From contig CM075991.1 in NCBI GenBank assembly GCA_038087875.1, positions 8,062,001-8,126,000 of the forward strand: a DNA stretch of 64,000 nt, read 5' to 3'. Source of the DNA: Malacoraja senta (Eukaryota). Positions 61,667-64,000 of the stretch are shown here, one piece after another; position 1 is the first letter of the stretch; each line of letters opens with the position of its first letter. Below the pieces are notes generated by a model. That model did not search any database. It saw nothing but the letters and a program-made list of their open reading frames with translations, and was not told the DNA's origin. The translations under genes and the position numbers were made by a program.

Positions 61667-62097
61667 AGGGCCTGTCCCACCTTCACGAGTTATTCACGAA
61701 TTCTCCCGGGTTTTCCCCTTGATTCAAACTCGCAGAATGTTCGTAACGAGTCCGTAGGAGGTCGTAGGAGTCCGTGGATATATCGTAGCGGCTCGTTATG
61801 CTAGCCGTGGGTACTCGTGGCATCAGGTAAGTCGGGACGTTTTTTCCAGCCCGATAAAAAATGTCCACGAGTAAAAAAAATGGTCGGGATGAAAGAAATT
61901 GCAACTTTTTACTCGTAAGGAGGGCATCGAAATAGTCGTGGGAATTCGTAGACGTACTCGTAGGAGTTTGTAGGAGTTCGTGAACATAGTCGTGGAAGTT
62001 CGTAGGAGTTCGTAGATTACCACGATCTTGATTTTTTTTAATGTCCTTTAAACTCGGCAGAGGTTTTGAATTAAGTCGTGAAAGTGGGACAGGCCCT
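61667..62097. mobile_element. PIF/Harbinger-type MITE, type F, inserted in a V-SINE
   Basis: GGCACTG-TAA-[AGGGCCTGTCCCAC...GTGGGACAGGCCCT]-TAA-GGCAGCAAC. Confidence 0.88.
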
Positions 62098-62804
62098 TAA
62101 GGCAGCAACTCTACCGCTGCGCCACCGTGCCGTCCTAAAGAGTTCTAGCGGAGGTCTTCAAGCTGAACGCTGACCCTGTTTCTCTTTCCACGGAGTCTCC
62201 ACATTATTTTCGGGTTTAATTTTTAAAATCCAGCATTTTCTTTTTTTTTTTAATTTTCCATAACTCCATCTACCAACTCCAAAACTGTTATCTTCGACGT
62301 CCTCACCTAACAATGGGATGGTGAGAAACTGGAAATAACAGACATTGTGAGGAGGCACTTGATTTTGTTAGGTATGCGAGCTGGGGAGAGAACAATAGAT
62401 CGTTTTCAATGTGCAATGTGACAATTCCTACACTCCATTGAAACATTGACATCTTTGTCCTGTATGTATTGAATAGGCTTATGGTGACGCTAACGCCCAC
62501 CCCTTTAATTAGCTCATCAGATTCAGACTCTGTGTGGATTAGTTCTCTATTAACTTGTAAAGATCACATTTAGGAAACATCCTTTTGATGTGCTTTTCTT
62601 ATGATAGATGTACAAAGGCAGCTGATAATAAAAAGCTCGCACTCTTATTGCAAACACTTGGCTACATTTATTAACATCCGAGCCTTAAGATTGTGAGATT
62701 AGGTCCCAGTCAAAGAACTTAGTAACGTTCTAATTAAAATTTAGGCGCGGGAGCTCAGCTAGGAAGTGCTGCTGCCTTGCGACATACAACAGCCCTGATT
62801 TATA

Positions 62805-63170
62805 GACAATAGGAGCAGGAGTAGGCCATTCGGCCCTTCGAGCCAGCACCGCCATTCAATGTGATCATGGCTGATCATCTCCAATCAGTACCCCATTCCT
62901 GCCTTCTCCCCATATCCCCTGACTCCGCTATTTTTAAGAGCCCTATCTCTCTCTCTCTTGAAAGCATCCAGAGAACCAGCCTCCAACACCCTCTGAGGCA
63001 GAGAATTCCACAGACTCACCACTCTCTGTGAGAAAAAAGTGTTTCCTCGTCTCCGTTCTAAATGGCTTACACCTTATTCTTAAACTGTGGCCCCTGGTTC
63101 TGGACTCCCCCAACATCGGGAACATGTTTCCAGCCTCTAGCGTGTCCAAGCACTTAACAATCTTTTATGT
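62805..63170 (-). mobile_element. CR1-type LINE 3' fragment
   Basis: NMFPMLGESRTRGHSLRIR motif followed by the 3' UTR. Confidence 0.85.
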
Positions 63171-63533
63171 TTCAAATATGATTTGTTCCTGATCTCCATA
63201 GTCATAGAGTGATACAGCGTGCCCTTTGGCCCAACTTGCCCACACCGGCCAACATGCCCCAGCTACATTAGTCCCACCTGCCTGTGTTTGGTCCATATCC
63301 CTCCAAACCCATCCTATATCCAGTGCTGCCTGTGATGTTTGCGTGTTCTTCTTGTGGAGTTTGCGCGGTTTTCATATGATCCTCCAGTTTAAGAATATAA
63401 GAGAAAATAAGAGCAGGAGAGTTTTTATTTTTAGTTTTAGAGATACAGCGCGGAAACAGGCCCTTCGGCCCACTGGGTGCGCGCCAACCAGCGATCCCCG
63501 CACATTAACACTAGGGACAAATGTTTACATTTA

Positions 63534-63717
63534 AGGGCCTGTCCCACTTTCACGACCTAATACACGACCTTTTTTACTCGTGGACATTTTTCATCATGTT
63601 GAAAAAACTTCCCGACCTACTTGATGCAACGAGTACCTACGACTAGCATCACGACCTGCTACGACCTACCTACGACCTCGTGACGACCATGCTGTGAGTA
63701 TGAGTCAAGGGCAAACT
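63534..63717. mobile_element. PIF/Harbinger-type MITE, type G-related, truncated
   Basis: TTA followed by AGGGCCTGTCCCACTT; ACGACCT repeats; overlaps the element at 1-477 in reverse complement. Confidence 0.7.
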
Positions 63718-64000
63718 ACCTAAGCGAAATAAGAGGTGCTTTAGGAGGAGATGAGGAGGAATTTCTTTCGTCAGAGCGTGGTGAATCTGTGGAAGCTGTG
63801 GAGGGCGTCAACGGATATTTTTAAGGCAGAGATTGACATATTCTTTATTAGTAAGGGTGTCAGGGGTTATGGGGAGAAGGCAGGAGAATGGGGTTGAGAG
63901 AGAAAGATAGATCAGCCATGATTGAATGGTGGAGTAGACTTGATGGGCCGAATGGCCTAATAAAATTGTGAACTCTCCCCACCTTCTAGCAACATCGGGT

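Noticed and set aside
119..63534. Most ORFs in the supplied track as protein-coding genes
   Set aside because: They are recurring translations of SINE, CR1, Penelope and MITE copies (for example [32 protein letters not shown]) or of low-complexity DNA.

Overview
Repeat-dense vertebrate genomic DNA, most likely from a cartilaginous fish (skate/ray-like, inferred from the SINE and LINE families). The window lies inside a + strand netrin-receptor gene, best read as UNC5D. Six coding exons are visible with canonical, phase-compatible splice sites: end of Ig1, start of Ig2, transmembrane/juxtamembrane, and three linker/ZU5 exons. The exons for the rest of Ig2 and both TSP1 domains were not found and probably lie in the 200-N assembly gap at 21785-21984. 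The introns are packed with tRNA-derived V-SINEs, LINE fragments (CR1, Rex1/Babar, Tx1, RTE, HERO-like) and Penelope-like GIY-YIG retroelement fragments. They also carry at least 14 PIF/Harbinger-type MITEs of about 7 internal types and other non-autonomous TIR elements. The most striking signal is a swarm of 125-340 bp Penelope-derived insertions carrying a minimal hammerhead-ribozyme-like core (CUGAAGA-A-stem II-GAAAC-GUH). Many are fold-back or tandem arrays, and at least six are bounded by their own 14-16 bp target-site duplication. All family assignments are from recognition by eye; no database search was run.
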